In this document: in pieces, positions 22,472 through 34,911 of the stretch
Layout of the letters: each line of letters starts with the position of its first letter
How positions within the stretch are numbered: position 1 is the stretch's first letter
Assembly: GCA_030167865.1 (NCBI GenBank)
Contig: JALAGF010000701.1
Location: 1-44,078 of the forward strand
Direction of reading: 5' to 3'
Length of the DNA: 44,078 nt
From: Craspedostauros australis
Taxonomy: Eukaryota
The notes under the pieces: model-generated
Databases searched by the model: none
The model's input: only the letters and a program-made list of their open reading frames with translations
What the model was told of the DNA's origin: nothing
Program-made: the position numbers and the translations under genes

Positions 22472-25400
22472 ATGAGGATCTCAGCAACATCCCTGCTTTT
22501 TTTGGTCGCCGCACCAACCGTAAGTATGCAAACAAGAGCCCCGGCCATGGAGGCATGTGTTTGCGGAGCATCATCCATGCCAACCGATTTGATTTTGGAA
22601 CAGAGCAGAGCAGATGGATTCCAGAGGTGGTCACAGGGGGAGGACGGCCGAGGAAGCAACATCATCATTCTCGCACGACGAGCATGGAACAGGACAACAA
22701 CAAGAGCAGCAGCAACGACAGCAGCAGCAGCAGCAACAACAAAATACACGCAAGAGATGCAGGAGACACCAACGCCGAACACCCAAACAACCACACACCG
22801 CTATCATCATCATCATCATCAGAGCAAAGAGGAGCGTTACAACCAACAACCGCCTCCCATCAAAAGGGCATGATCATTGTTCTCGGCAGTCCGTCGGAAC
22901 AAGTGCTTGGACCAAGACGAGAATCGCATGAGAATTTCGATCTTGGGTCACATCCAGCCAAACAATTCCAAGACCACAACCCATCACCGGCGGAATATTC
23001 CATCATTTTTCTGCCAAGAGGCATGAGACCAAATGACCAGGAACGGCGCGATGAGACGAAACGTAATGTAACGGAATTCACAGACCGTTTGTCCTGCAGC
23101 ATCCCACAAGCACGTCCACGAACGATGCACACTTCGACCACACTAACCGAACACAACGCAAACAAACAAACAAACAAACAAACAAACCATCGAAGCGTGT
23201 TCTGTCAGAAAAGAAACAAGGGGGCAGCAACATCCTCGACAACAACAACAACCGCACATGCGAATTTCACCCATCACCGCGCTGCCTGTTCCCATCACAA
23301 TCGTGAAAAATCGGCTAACATGACTGATTCGACTCGTGAAAATATCGCCCAGCGCAAACCCAACCTCTTCAACAACCGGGTCCTTCAACAAACGTATCTT
23401 TTCTGACACTCCTCTTGGTTCTGATCTCTCCTTTTGTTCCTTGACGTTTGTCTCAACGCATCGGATGCGGATGCAACGCAATAATGAAATGCAATTGTTC
23501 TGGATCGCGGCATCATCGTGTCACGCCACGGTATCCTTGCGCAACGACAACCTCAACATCACACCGACATCAACCTCTTCGGGCCATGCTCATCTATTGT
23601 AAATCCATCCCCACTGCATCGCAATGAATGCCTGCCTCCTGCTATGGACCACGACAATAATCACGACATCATCAACAATCACGACAACAGGCGGTCGCTT
23701 TCGCACCACAGCGAAATGCCTTCGCACGTACATCGGCGACAACGTCGCTGGATGCCACGGAGCGTTCCAACATCCCAGGACCACCATACTCGGGTCCTGC
23801 CGCAAAGCCAATTTTGGATTCCATCAAGTGCCCCGATGATATGAATTGTCTGGACTTGAGACAGCTCAAGCTGGTAAGTGTTCGCAGCAGCGCGCGTTCG
23901 TGTGTGTGTATGCGCGTGTGCGCGCGTCGGCTCATTCCAACGCGCATACATCAGTGCATCGGCAGATGAATGGATGCACGCATCATACGATGTGTCGTGA
24001 TTTGAGCAAATGGCCTGCCTCTTCCTTAATTCTTTCTCATCATTACAACTTGCACGCATATTCTCGTTCCAATACTCCATCATACTCAACACACGCCTCT
24101 CCGCCAACATCATTTTGCTCCACGCATCCGAACCGACAACACTCATCCAATACCACGCACAGCTCGCTAACGAACTTCGATGGGAGACCTTGGAGCAGGT
24201 GTCCAAGACCGGCGGCCACCTGAGTTCTTCGTTGGGAGTCAACGAGCTCACCGTCGCCTTGCACTACGTCTTCGACATGCCAGAGGATGACATCATCTGG
24301 GACGTCGCCCACCAGTGCTACCCGCACAAGATCCTCACGGGCAGAAGAGAGCGAATGCCGACCCTTCGTCAGCTGGGAGGAATCTCCGGATTCTGCAAGC
24401 GAGCGGAGAGCAAGTACGATTCCTTCGGTGCCGGTCACTCCTCGACCTCCATCTCTGCTGCTCAGGGAATGAGCATCGGAAAGTCGATGCTTAAGAAGCG
24501 AAAGAACAACTGCATCGCCGTCATCGGTGACGGTGCCATCACGGGAGGTATGGCGTACGAGGCCATGAACAGCGCCGGGTACTTGCGATCCAGAATGATC
24601 GTGGTGCTCAACGACAACGGACAGGTCAGCTTGCCAACGGGAACCCCAAGTGCCGGAGGTGTCGTGCCAGCATCGCAGCTGTCCACCTACACATCCAACC
24701 TCCTCGTTTCCAAGCCATTCCAGGATTTCCGTCAATTCGCGAAGAATTTCAACAGGCTCCTGCCAGAGGGTGTGCAGGACGTCAACAAGAGGATCGACGA
24801 GTACGCGCGTGGTTTGGTGTCCGGAGGTACCCTCTTCGAGGAACTCGGATTTTACTACGTCGGACCCGTCGACGGTCACGACCTCGACAACCTGATCCCC
24901 ATCCTCGAGAAGCTCCGCGACAGCCCAAGCGACAAGCCGGTGCTGCTCCATTTGAAGACCGTCAAAGGATACGGTTACCCACCAGCCGAGCAGGCGAGCG
25001 ACAGAATGCACGGAGTCGGCAAATTCAACCTCGGCACCGGCGCCCAATACAAATCCAAGGTCACATCGCCCAGCCTGACCTCCATCTTCGCCAACTCCCT
25101 CATCGACTGCGCCACCGAAGACCGCGCCATCGTGGGAATCACCGCCGCCATGCCGGGTGGTACTGGAATGGACATCTTCGGACGCCGCTTCCCCAAGCGC
25201 ACCTTCGATGTCGGTATCGCCGAACAGCATGCCGTCACCATGGCCGCCGGTATGGCCTGCGAAGGCCTCAAGCCATTCGTCTGCATCTACTCCACATTCT
25301 TGCAGCGTGGTTACGATCAGGTGGTTCACGACGTCGCCATCCAGAACCTGCCCGTCCGCATGATCCTGGATCGCGCTGGATTCGTCGGCAACGATGGACC

Positions 25401-26318
25401 CACCCATCACGGATGCTACGATCTGGCCTACAACGGGTGCATCCCCAACCTCACCATCATGGCGCCCAGCGACGAGATCGAGCTGAAGAACATGATTTCC
25501 ACTTGCGCAGCATTCGATGATGGCCCAACCGTGCTGAGGTATCCACGCGGAACAGGATACGGCGCCGACAAGCTCCAGTCGCTGTTCGGATACGAACTTG
25601 AGAACGATGAGCTTCCAAAGAAGGGTGAGTGTTGTTTGCAGCGCGCATGAGATTTGGCGTCTGTGTGCGTGCGAGTGCACTGCGGCATGCATTGGTATTG
25701 GTATTGTGGGGTATTGCTGTCAGATTTTGAATTGAATGCTCAGCATCTCTTTGCTTTGTATAATATTGACTGTATCAAAACACAAACAATGAAAACCAAC
25801 GCATCAATCACACAGGCGAGGTCCTCCCAATCGGAAAGGGACGCATCATCCGAAAACCAGGCGGCTTCAAGTCCACCGACTCCAGCAGAGGCAGGGACCG
25901 CAAGGACCGCGTCGCCATTCTTGCCTTGGGAACCCGCCTCCACGAGGCCCTCGTGGCCGCTAACGAGGTCGAAGAGCAGGACTCCACCCTGGGCGTCACC
26001 GTTGCCGACGCTCGTTTCATGAAGCCCCTCGACGTGGATCTGGTCCGCGAACTCGCCAAGGACCACAGCGTCCTGATCACCGTCGAGGAGGGCAGCATCG
26101 GAGGATTCGGAGACCACGTCCTGCACTTCCTGTCCCTCGATGGACTCCTCGACGAGGGCAACCTGAAATTCCGACCAATGGTGATGCCAGACAAGTACTT
26201 CGAGACCGCCACGCAGCATGAGCAGTACGAGCAGGCAGGATTGAATGCCCGTCACATCAAGGGAACCATCCTGAGGTTGGCCAACCGCATCGATGTCCCT
26301 GTCTTGGAGAACGCATGA
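22472..26318 (+). CDS. DXS: 1-deoxy-D-xylulose-5-phosphate synthase, plastid-targeted; exons 22472-22519, 23691-23873, 24163-25624, 25816-26318 (731 aa)
   Basis: GGHLSSSLG, WDVAHQCYPHK, TPP motif GDGAITGG...VLNDN, FDVGIAEQHAV, DGPTHHG, DARFMKPLD. The three GT-AG introns keep frame, and the spliced N-terminus is MRISATSLLFLVAAPTAVA|FAP. Confidence 0.96.
22520..23690 (+). other. 1171-nt first intron of DXS, containing CAG, CAT and AAAC microsatellites
   Basis: ACC|GTAAGT donor at 22520 and CAACAG|GCG acceptor at 23690; phase 0. Confidence 0.8.
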
Positions 26319-26893
26319 GCATGCCTTGCGGTCCGTCGTCATCCATCGCCCAATTCAACTGATGGATTGACTTCGATTGATGAACGGATGACCTAATCCA
26401 TCCATCCTCTTTTTTGCATACAGAAAATCTCGAGTCCGGCAACCAACACCATCTGCCATAGCACACCATGCCGTACCGTATAAACCAAATGAGATTGAGA
26501 ATGATGCTTCCACTCGTAAATAAAAATAAACCACAAACAACAAAATGAGAACCAGCAGAAGAGAGCAGATGTGATGTGATGTCTTGGGCTGTGGTGAACT
26601 GAGGGTGGAGTCGCTTCGTTCGACTCTCTAGTTTCGATGGCGTAATCATTCCTTTCCAGACCAGCCGAAAATCCGGAAACCACGTTGGCGCCATGTTTTG
26701 TGGTTGGCGATGAAGTTCCGCTCGTCGCACTTGTCCTCGTCCTTCCAACATGACTGGACGACAATCGCAACGCTCCGAACCACAACACGATTTACGCCAA
26801 CAACTGTGCTCCGTCCAGGCCCTCGTTCACCTTGCATGCGCAACAAAGTACGACATATTATTACATTAGACTCCGCTTAAGAAGGCCATCATC

Positions 26894-27649
26894 ATGAAGC
26901 CACTCCGAATCTGCCCGTTCACTGTTGGCCTGTTTGTGGGAACCACCGTTCTCATCGCTCTGCTGGAGAAGCAGGAGAGCGAGGCGCGCAAGAGCAAGAA
27001 GAGCAAGGACCAACAAGGCAAGGACGCTTCCGCCGCTGATCAGCAGACCAGATCAGCCCCAACATCAGACGCCTCTCCTCTGCCAAACTGCGACGTCGTC
27101 TTCATCCTCGGCGGCCCCGGCGCCGGCAAGGGCACGCAATGCCAGATGCTGACAGAGCGCAAGACGGATTGGGTCCACCTCAGCGCCGGCGATCTGCTGC
27201 GCGCCGAACGCAAAACAGGCAGCGACATCGGTGAGCTGATCAACTCCAAGATCGCTGCCGGCGAGCTCGTGCCCAGCTCCATCACAGTGCAGCTGCTGCG
27301 CAACGCCATGGTCAAGGCGACGAAGACCAAGTTCCTCATCGACGGATTCCCGCGCAGCGTCGAGAACATGACGGCGTGGCAGGACTGCTTCGGATCTGGC
27401 AACGTGCGGTTCGTGCTGCATTTCGAATGTCCCGAGGAGGTCCTCGTGGGGCGGCTGCTGGAACGCGGGCAGACGTCGGGTCGCAATGACGATACCATCG
27501 ATGTCATCCGCAAGCGATTCCGAACGTTCCAGAAGGAAACCCTGCCGGTTTTGGAGGATCTGGAGACGAAGCACAAGATCCAAATCCACCGCATTGCCAG
27601 CGACCGGCCGATCGAGAAGGTCTACGAGACCGTGTCGGCCTTGTTTTGA
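26894..27649 (+). CDS. UMP-CMP/adenylate kinase family protein with N-terminal hydrophobic anchor
   Basis: P-loop FILGGPGAGKGTQC, HLSAGDLLR, LIDGFPR, short LID RG..SGRNDD. N-terminal FTVGLFVGTTVLIALL. Confidence 0.92.
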   Translation: MKPLRICPFTVGLFVGTTVLIALLEKQESEARKSKKSKDQQGKDASAADQQTRSAPTSDASPLPNCDVVFILGGPGAGKGTQCQMLTERKTDWVHLSAGDLLRAERKTGSDIGELINSKIAAGELVPSSITVQLLRNAMVKATKTKFLIDGFPRSVENMTAWQDCFGSGNVRFVLHFECPEEVLVGRLLERGQTSGRNDDTIDVIRKRFRTFQKETLPVLEDLETKHKIQIHRIASDRPIEKVYETVSALF

Positions 27650-27948
27650 ACGATGGGTTGAGGCATAATATGTAATGTGATGTTGACGCCATGTGATGCC
27701 ATGCCATGGGCAGGTGGTGCAATGGCATGTGAGTCCTCTGCACAATACAGTGCGAACTTTCTTGATTAGAACTCTCATTCTTGGCATGGTACCTACGAAT
27801 ACAAGCAACGACGACAATACCCGCACTCTGCATGTTCTATGAGCCATTCTTGTCTCTGCTTCTGGTTGCTTGATACTGTCATGGATATCTATTCCATTAC
27901 TCGTACTAGTGCTGTTTCAAAAACGATGGTGTTGGACCAAGATGCTCT

Positions 27949-30900
27949 TCAACTGCGAGGCACCGTCGGAAACGCCTGGGCCAAACGTTCTGCACGTTCG
28001 CGACGATCCTTCGTCCAGGTCTTGAGCAACTCGGCGCGCGCGGCCAGATCCCGGATCTTGCGCTTGTATTGCTCCGCCTTGCCTGGTTGGGCACCTTCCT
28101 CGACCGTCAGACAGCACAGGATGCCCATGGGGGATCCGGCCTTCTCATGCATGTGTATTCCGGCGCAGCATTTGCCGCACTCCTGGAACACGCACTTGTT
28201 GCCGAAGCCGAGTTCGCCGTGTTCGCCACGCGTCTTGCCGCATCGCGAGCAGATCTTGCGGAAGCTCAGCGCCTTGGGCAGACCGCTGGAGCGGATCACG
28301 TCCTTGTAGGTTTGGCCTCGCTTGGTAAAGCCCTGATTTGGCAACAGCTGGGGGAACGGTGGCTGCTGCTGCTGCTGTTGTTGTTGTTGCTGCTGCTGTG
28401 GTTGCCGTTGTTGCATGTAGCTGCGATGATGGGCCGGGCGGCTGTGCAGCGCTTGATGCTGAGCCATGAATGTCGGAGTGGGGTGTGCATGCGTTGTGGG
28501 TCGTGGTGGTGGAGGCGTTGAGAACACCGGGGTGGAGTATCGATACGTCGGCGGTGGCGACGATCGAAAGTGCTGAGCCATCGCAGATGGATGCGCTTGC
28601 GCATGCTGCATCATCTGATACTGATGATGGTGTTGCTGACGCCGTTGCTGCTGCTGCGGATATTGGTATGGCCGCGAGTGCATGGGCTGCGAATGGTGCA
28701 ATTGCCGTTGCGAGTATTGTGGACTTGCGCGGAATGTCTGGTCAGGCGAAGGTGCTGGAGTGACGCGGATCCGTTTGGCTGGTTGCGATGCTTCATCTGA
28801 GGTCGATGATAGTTGCGGTGATGTCGGATCGCTCTTCCCATCGTTGCGTTGGCGCTTCTTATCGTCGCTCTTGGTGGTACTGTTGGTGGTACTCTCGCTG
28901 CAACTGTTGGTGCGAGACTCATCTGGCTGTTGCTGTGGCTGGGCAGGTGGCTTTTTGGCTGCGCTCTTCTTTGCCTTACTTGCGATCGATTTGTTTGGCA
29001 GGCCACACTTGCTAGCATCGGAAACGCGACGCGTGGCGCGTCCACCAAACAACTCGGTCATTGCGACTGCCGCCATGATGGCCATCCTGTCTTCGCCTGG
29101 GTCTTTGCGATCCACGTCTTGTTTGTCCCCAACATCATCGCTGCTGGTGCCATTGCTACCATTGTTTTTGCCCTCACTTCCCTGACCTTCCTTGCAGCTG
29201 CCGCTGATGCTGGGACGGTCTTCGTCATCGTCTGCGGAATCTCCTGCTGCGAGCTGTGGCTTTGTCATTTGTTGATCTCGCTTGCTTTGTTCACTGTAAA
29301 ATGGAAGGGCTGTGGAATGGGGCGCCTGGCTGGACTCCTCGGTGGACGTGCGGCGGCTTCCAGCGTTGGGGTAGTTTTGGCAATTGATGCACTGGCAGCT
29401 GGGTCCGCAATGCGCGGAATTTTGGAAGCACTCACAGTACTGCGCCATCGTTGATCATCGCCAGCGTCGGTAGAATGCGAATCGGCAGTACCCCATCACC
29501 AGTACGCATGAACAGAAGCATGGTCCAGTAACGGAAAGCGAATCACGGTGAGCAAATTTAAAAATCAATGCCGCGCAACGCAATGCCATACAATGTGAGA
29601 TCAAGCAGACTCTTGTGCAAACCTTCCAAACTTACCTTCTTGAGACAGAGCGATCGTCGACACTTGCATCCGGATGCGTTGACTCTTGCAGGTGTGGTCG
29701 TATTGGTATCAGATGCAGCAACTTCCGGCACCGGAACTGATGATGTCGCGACGGGCGATATGGGTTCCATGCTGCTTTCCGACACGGACGTTGCCATCTT
29801 TGCTGCGCGTGCAGCATCCTGCTTCGACGGAGTCAGTTGCAACATGTGCTGAAATGAATACTTGCTGTGGATGCCCCGGAATTTGTCTTCGAATGCGCTC
29901 GGGTTGCGTTCCAAGATGGCCCGACGAGCTGCGTCGATGGAGGTGGCGTGCTCGGTCGTGTTCTCGCAGGATTGGCATTTGCATTTCGATCCGCATGTTG
30001 CGCTCATGGAAAAGCATTGGCAGTACAGCTTCAAGCATCTGTTGTTGTCGTTGTTGTTGTTGCGGTGAGTGTGCGTGCACGGATTTGATGGTGACGACGG
30101 AAACAGAGGTGGACAAGGATGGAGGATGTGAGTGAGGTGATTGGCAATGCCCTCTCATGATCGACACAGAATGGAGTGAAGTTCACATGAGGAGACGAAT
30201 ACGAAGGCGCAAACAGCGCAAACATTGATCACACGCACCGACTCTTCTTGCACGTGCATGCCGCTGCGCGCAGGACATCAAAGGATGGAGCTGATGCGGG
30301 CGCTGCGAGCAAGGAAGATGACGTTGTCGAAGCCGATGATGATGAAGCGGACGATGAAGATGATGACAGCACGGAGGGCAGCGTCGGTCTGTGCGCATGA
30401 TCTCTCGACTGCAACGTTCCGATTTCCTGCTCGTCTCGAAGAAAGTGCTGGCGCGAGCTTGGTGCGAGGCGATGGATGTGATTGTGTGGATGATCGGGAT
30501 TGATCCTGGATGGCGGACCTCGGGCGTAGTCATGTTGGTGCGGCAATGAAGAGATATAGCGATCGTCCGGAGAAATGCTGCTGTGCGGCGCGAGATGATA
30601 CGGTGGCGTGCGCACCGAATGCTGGCGAGAATTCATGATCATTCCTGGTTGGGAATGCATCGTTGTGGAGATGTAAGGCAGTGAGTGGCCGAAACGTTGG
30701 TGCAGAAGTGGCGACGGCGCTGCATGCAGATGACCAGCGTGACGTTGGATGATGCTGAACTCGTTGTGATATTCATGTGCTTGTGCATTGGTATGTGGAT
30801 GCATTTGTGAATGCTGATGTGGGTAGCGATGCGCATACTGCTGGACAGAGCGTGCATGCTGCTGATGGTAATCATACGCCGAGGCGGATACTGGTGTGTG

Positions 30901-31119
30901 CATCCCAGCAGCCGTGGGTGGCGTTGCTTTCGTCAGATGTTCTGTCGCTCGCATCGATGACGACGAAAACGACGAAGACGACGTGAGCTCTGATGGCTGG
31001 CTTGGCATCACTGAGGTCTCCTTTGTTGATGGCAAAGCTGTTGCCAAGGGACTATTCTGACTGCTGCTCACGATGGCTGATGTGGATTGCTTCCTTTCTT
31101 GTCTTGACGTGCCCGACAT
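27949..31119 (-). CDS. Tesmin/TSO1/LIN54-like CXC (CRC) domain protein; exons 31119-30239, 30038-29636, 29439-27949 (924 aa)
   Basis: Splicing rebuilds CTCKKSR|CLKLYCQCF...C...CKC..C.N and CKCRRSLCLKK|YCECFQ...C...CQC..C.N, with the conserved hinge RNPSAFEDK. Confidence 0.92.
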
Positions 31120-31257
31120 TATGCTTTATGAAGGAATTGGAATTGTGAGAGTATTGGAAAGCGGTGAATGAGTACGATCTACAGTCGCTGACTTCGAAAC
31201 AGGCTTCTGCTTTTGGACGTTGCTGAGGTTGCTGAGGTTGTGCAGGGATGATGGAAG

Positions 31258-31299
31258 TGTGGATGGAGTTGATATGTGGATGGAGTTGATATGTGGATA
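31258..31299. repeat. 17-bp tandem repeat (TGTGGATGGAGTTGATA) x~2.5
   Basis: Visible about 140-180 bp upstream of the CXC gene ATG. Confidence 0.8.
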
Positions 31300-32351
31300 G
31301 AGGTGGGGATGGAGATGGCATTGACGAGGAGTACTCCGCATACATAAAAAACGACCACTATGCTATGCTATGCAACCCAACAACGGAGATGATTGATGGG
31401 AATACTCACACCATGCTCGTGCTCGTAGTCTTGCGTACAGCAGAGCGAAGTGATGCAAAGCAGAGTGAGGCAGAGCGGGGCAAAGATGAGATCAGATTGC
31501 ATCCGACACAACCAGATGCCATCCACCTCCGGCGTTTTCTCGCTGTTGTTGTCGTTGTGATCGCGTCGACGATAAAATGAGTGTGGACAACGACTCCATC
31601 ATTTTTTGTTTTCCGCATTTGTAACGGTTTTACTGACCTCGCCTAAGTAAAGGTTGTGGAGGGAAGTGCTGGCCGGCACCTTCTCCATCTCATAGTCAAT
31701 CGTGGCTGTTAAGGAACGCGCTCACACGCACATCGTTCACTCCGTAAGATACCGAGACCGTTTTTTGGCGGCAGTCAATTTTGTGGCCAGCAACGACATG
31801 TCACATGTCCTCGCAGGCTCCCATTTTCCGCCGATGATACTTCTAAACGGAAAATTCAAACACATTTCTTCTCCCACCACTGCGCGCACCCTTCGCAGCA
31901 GTCGGCATCCTCCCAAACCGTCGCGTGCGCCATCCTCACAAACGACCCATTCCTCTTTCTCTCTCCGCCCATTTTCTCGTCACTCCCGCCGCCAAGCTTC
32001 GATCTGATCTGCCGCCGTCGGAATTGACTTTGTGGTCATTCCATCACTCTGCGATAGTCATCGCGTCCATCATTCATCATTCATCATCCATCATCTGCCA
32101 GCCGTCGACTATCATCTGCCAACTGCCATCTCTGTGCTTCGCCAACACAAGAGACAGCATCATCGTCCATCCCAACCAGCAAAAGAAGCATCGCCAAAAT
32201 AGACAACATCGACGAAGGCGAACATCGTCCATCTCACACCTCATCCAATCGCCCACCCCCACAGTCGACTCCATAGTTCGTACTACTCGTACTGCTCGCG
32301 CCTCATCTCCTCTCTTCCTCTCTTCATCGAGTACTCTCCCACACCCTCACA

Positions 32352-33266
32352 ATGGTACTCCACTATTCGAAACTCATCGTAGGCGTCAACCTCGCATCGT
32401 CATCCCTGCTCGTATCATCGTTGGTTGCACGACGGAGTTGCGGTTCGAACGTTGAGCGGTCATTCGGTAATCTCTGCACGGCAGCATCATGCACGCCGAG
32501 ATCGTGGAACGGCATCGCAGGTGATTCATCCGCGCAGTATCGACTGGCACAGCGACAAGGACGACGGCATTACCATGCTTCCACCACCACACAACTGCAA
32601 GCGACGCCGCCCAGCGACACCAACCGGTTGGAGACGACGTCGTCCCTGCGCAACCAATTCTATGCACTGCGACATGGGCAATCCTTGGCGAACGTCGCCA
32701 AGCTGATCGCTGCAAGTCCCGAGATCGCTTGTGACAATTACGGCTTGTCGGATGTCGGCAACGATCAGGCCAACAAGGCTGGTGAAGATTTGGTACGCGA
32801 ATTCCACGCTGCCGCGCCACACGGCATCACCATCCTGACGTCCGATTTGCTGCGAGCGCGACAAACGGCGGAGGCCGCCAAGGTTGCCGTGCAAGCGGCG
32901 GGCATCCCATTGCACGACGACGGCGTCATCATCGAAACGAGGTTGCGCGAGCGCGGTTTCGGAGAATGGGACGGCGGCGACGATTGCCACTACCACGACG
33001 TGTGGAAGGACGACGCCGTCGATCCCACGCACACCGTGAAAGGCGTCGAATCTGTCATGTCCGTCATGGACCGCGCCACGCAATGCGTGCTGGAATGGGA
33101 CGGCAAGGTCGAGGGTCAGCTCATCATTTGTGTCGCGCACGGCGACGTGCTGCAGATTCTGCAGACGGCGTTCCGCAAGATGGACGGATCGCAACATCGG
33201 ACCTTGGATCATTTGGAGACGGCGACGTTGAGAAGGTTGGAGCTTGCGGCGGTTGAGGATGCGTAA
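32352..33266 (+). CDS. Histidine phosphatase (phosphoglycerate mutase-like) family protein with N-terminal extension
   Basis: ALRHGQS (RHG), TSDLLRARQTA, LRERGFGEWDG, VES, VAHGD. Confidence 0.9.
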   Translation: MVLHYSKLIVGVNLASSSLLVSSLVARRSCGSNVERSFGNLCTAASCTPRSWNGIAGDSSAQYRLAQRQGRRHYHASTTTQLQATPPSDTNRLETTSSLRNQFYALRHGQSLANVAKLIAASPEIACDNYGLSDVGNDQANKAGEDLVREFHAAAPHGITILTSDLLRARQTAEAAKVAVQAAGIPLHDDGVIIETRLRERGFGEWDGGDDCHYHDVWKDDAVDPTHTVKGVESVMSVMDRATQCVLEWDGKVEGQLIICVAHGDVLQILQTAFRKMDGSQHRTLDHLETATLRRLELAAVEDA

Positions 33267-33825
33267 GAATACTGGAAGAGCACAGTAGATGTGGTCAGGG
33301 TGAACGGAATGAGACACCAGGATGTGCTATAGACATAACGATGCTATACATGTTGTAGGTAGTGCCGCACTCTATGTGAACAGCACCCAATGTGGAGGAT
33401 GGATGAAGTTGGGATCGGCGTTGATTGTTTTCATCCTCAAATCTTTGGGCGCGACTAAGATACCATTTCAATCACGTGAAAATGAATCTTGAGAATCAGA
33501 TGGATCGATGTAGTCGATTTCGTATTTCGGACAACTGACAGACGAGAAGCTCGATTCAAGACCAACAAACAGAAATCGCACAAGAACAACGACAACAACA
33601 CCAAAGTCAACCAACCACCACAGAAATGTGACCTCGAATGCTGTCTCCGAATTGTCCGCCCAAAGAAGTCAACAGGAGGGGGAGAGGCAGCCGATTCGAA
33701 GGTCGTATCCATTGACGAAGCATCAAACAAAGACATTCCACAAGGCATTGCGCAATTCAAGAATTCTCTTACATTACTCTATTCTATTCTTGTGCCATAC
33801 GCAACGCACAGTCGAGCAATCCAAA

Positions 33826-34911
33826 ATGGGCGACTTTCACAAGCTGCAGCGACCGGACGCGGGTTCGCACACGGTCGAAGGCAACGTCTCCGGTGCCCGC
33901 GCCGCCAAACTGGAGCGCGAACGCTTGGAGCAGAAGGAGCAGTACGAGCAGGAGAAGCAGAAGCGCCGTCGCGTCGATGAGCGCCTGTCGCAGGGCATCG
34001 CGGGCAAGTTCCAGCAGGCGCGCATCGGCAGCACGGAGGAGAACGCGTTCCGCCAGAAGACCGTGGGATTGGTCACGGCGCAGGACTTCATCAAGGCTCA
34101 GAAGGAACGCGACAACATCGAGGAGCAGGAGCGCAACAAGGCCAACGAGCTGAGCAAGGAGGAGCTTCTCAAGAAGGAGAAGGCGGCCAAGAAGGCCAAG
34201 AAGAAGAAACGCAAGGAGAAGCGCAAGGCCGTGGCGTTGCTCAGCTTCGGCGATGATGCAGAAGAAGACGACGACGACGACGAGAACAACAACAATGATG
34301 ATGATGATGACAACGCTGCCTCGACGAAGGTCTCCCTCAAGGACCCCACTATCGACACCAGCTTCCTCCCTGACAAGCAGCGAGAGCAGAATAACATCCT
34401 CAAGCGAAAGCAGCTGGAGCAGGATTGGAATCAACGACAGCACGAAATGAAGAAGGAACGGCTGGAAATCACCTACAGTTACTGGGACGGCAGCGGCCAT
34501 CGACGCACATGCCGCATCCGCAAGGGCACCAGCGTGGCCGATTTCCTGGAGATCGTGCGCAAGGACCTGCAGTCCGAATTCAAGGAATTGGCCAAGGTGG
34601 CATCGGACGGCCTGCTCTACGTCAAGGAGGATCTCATCCTGCCGCATGACATCACCTTTTACGATCTCATCGTCACGAAGGCTCGTGGAAAGAGTGGACC
34701 GTTGTTCCATTTCGATGTGCACGACGATGTGCGAACAGGGCCGCTTGACGTGCGGCTCGAGAAGGATGAATCGCATCCCGGCAAGGTCATCGAGCGACGG
34801 TGGTACGAGCGCAACAAGCACATCTTCCCGGCGTCGCGGTGGGAGATCTACGATCCGCTCAAGGAGTACGGCAAGTACACCATTCATGGCGGGGAGGTCA
34901 CCACGAAGTGA
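33826..34911 (+). CDS. XAP5: XAP5/FAM50 (circadian timekeeper-like) nuclear protein
   Basis: TVGLVT, LSFGDD, KDPTIDTSFLPDKQRE, ITYSYWDGSGHRR, YVKEDLILPH, KARGKSGPLF, ESHPGKV, YERNKHIFPASRWE. Confidence 0.96.
   Translation: MGDFHKLQRPDAGSHTVEGNVSGARAAKLERERLEQKEQYEQEKQKRRRVDERLSQGIAGKFQQARIGSTEENAFRQKTVGLVTAQDFIKAQKERDNIEEQERNKANELSKEELLKKEKAAKKAKKKKRKEKRKAVALLSFGDDAEEDDDDDENNNNDDDDDNAASTKVSLKDPTIDTSFLPDKQREQNNILKRKQLEQDWNQRQHEMKKERLEITYSYWDGSGHRRTCRIRKGTSVADFLEIVRKDLQSEFKELAKVASDGLLYVKEDLILPHDITFYDLIVTKARGKSGPLFHFDVHDDVRTGPLDVRLEKDESHPGKVIERRWYERNKHIFPASRWEIYDPLKEYGKYTIHGGEVTTK

Noticed and set aside
22040-23406. 277-aa and 328-aa ORFs upstream of the DXS core
   Set aside because: Low-complexity read-through of the 5' UTR and intron 1 microsatellites; no domain signal.
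22520-23690. TPP riboswitch in the DXS intron (DXS uses TPP)
   Set aside because: I found no CUGAGA or CCUGAU..UAAU..GCG core by eye. An Infernal scan with the TPP model would be decisive.
24043-25692. 549-aa antisense ORF
   Set aside because: Shadow of the codon-biased DXS gene.
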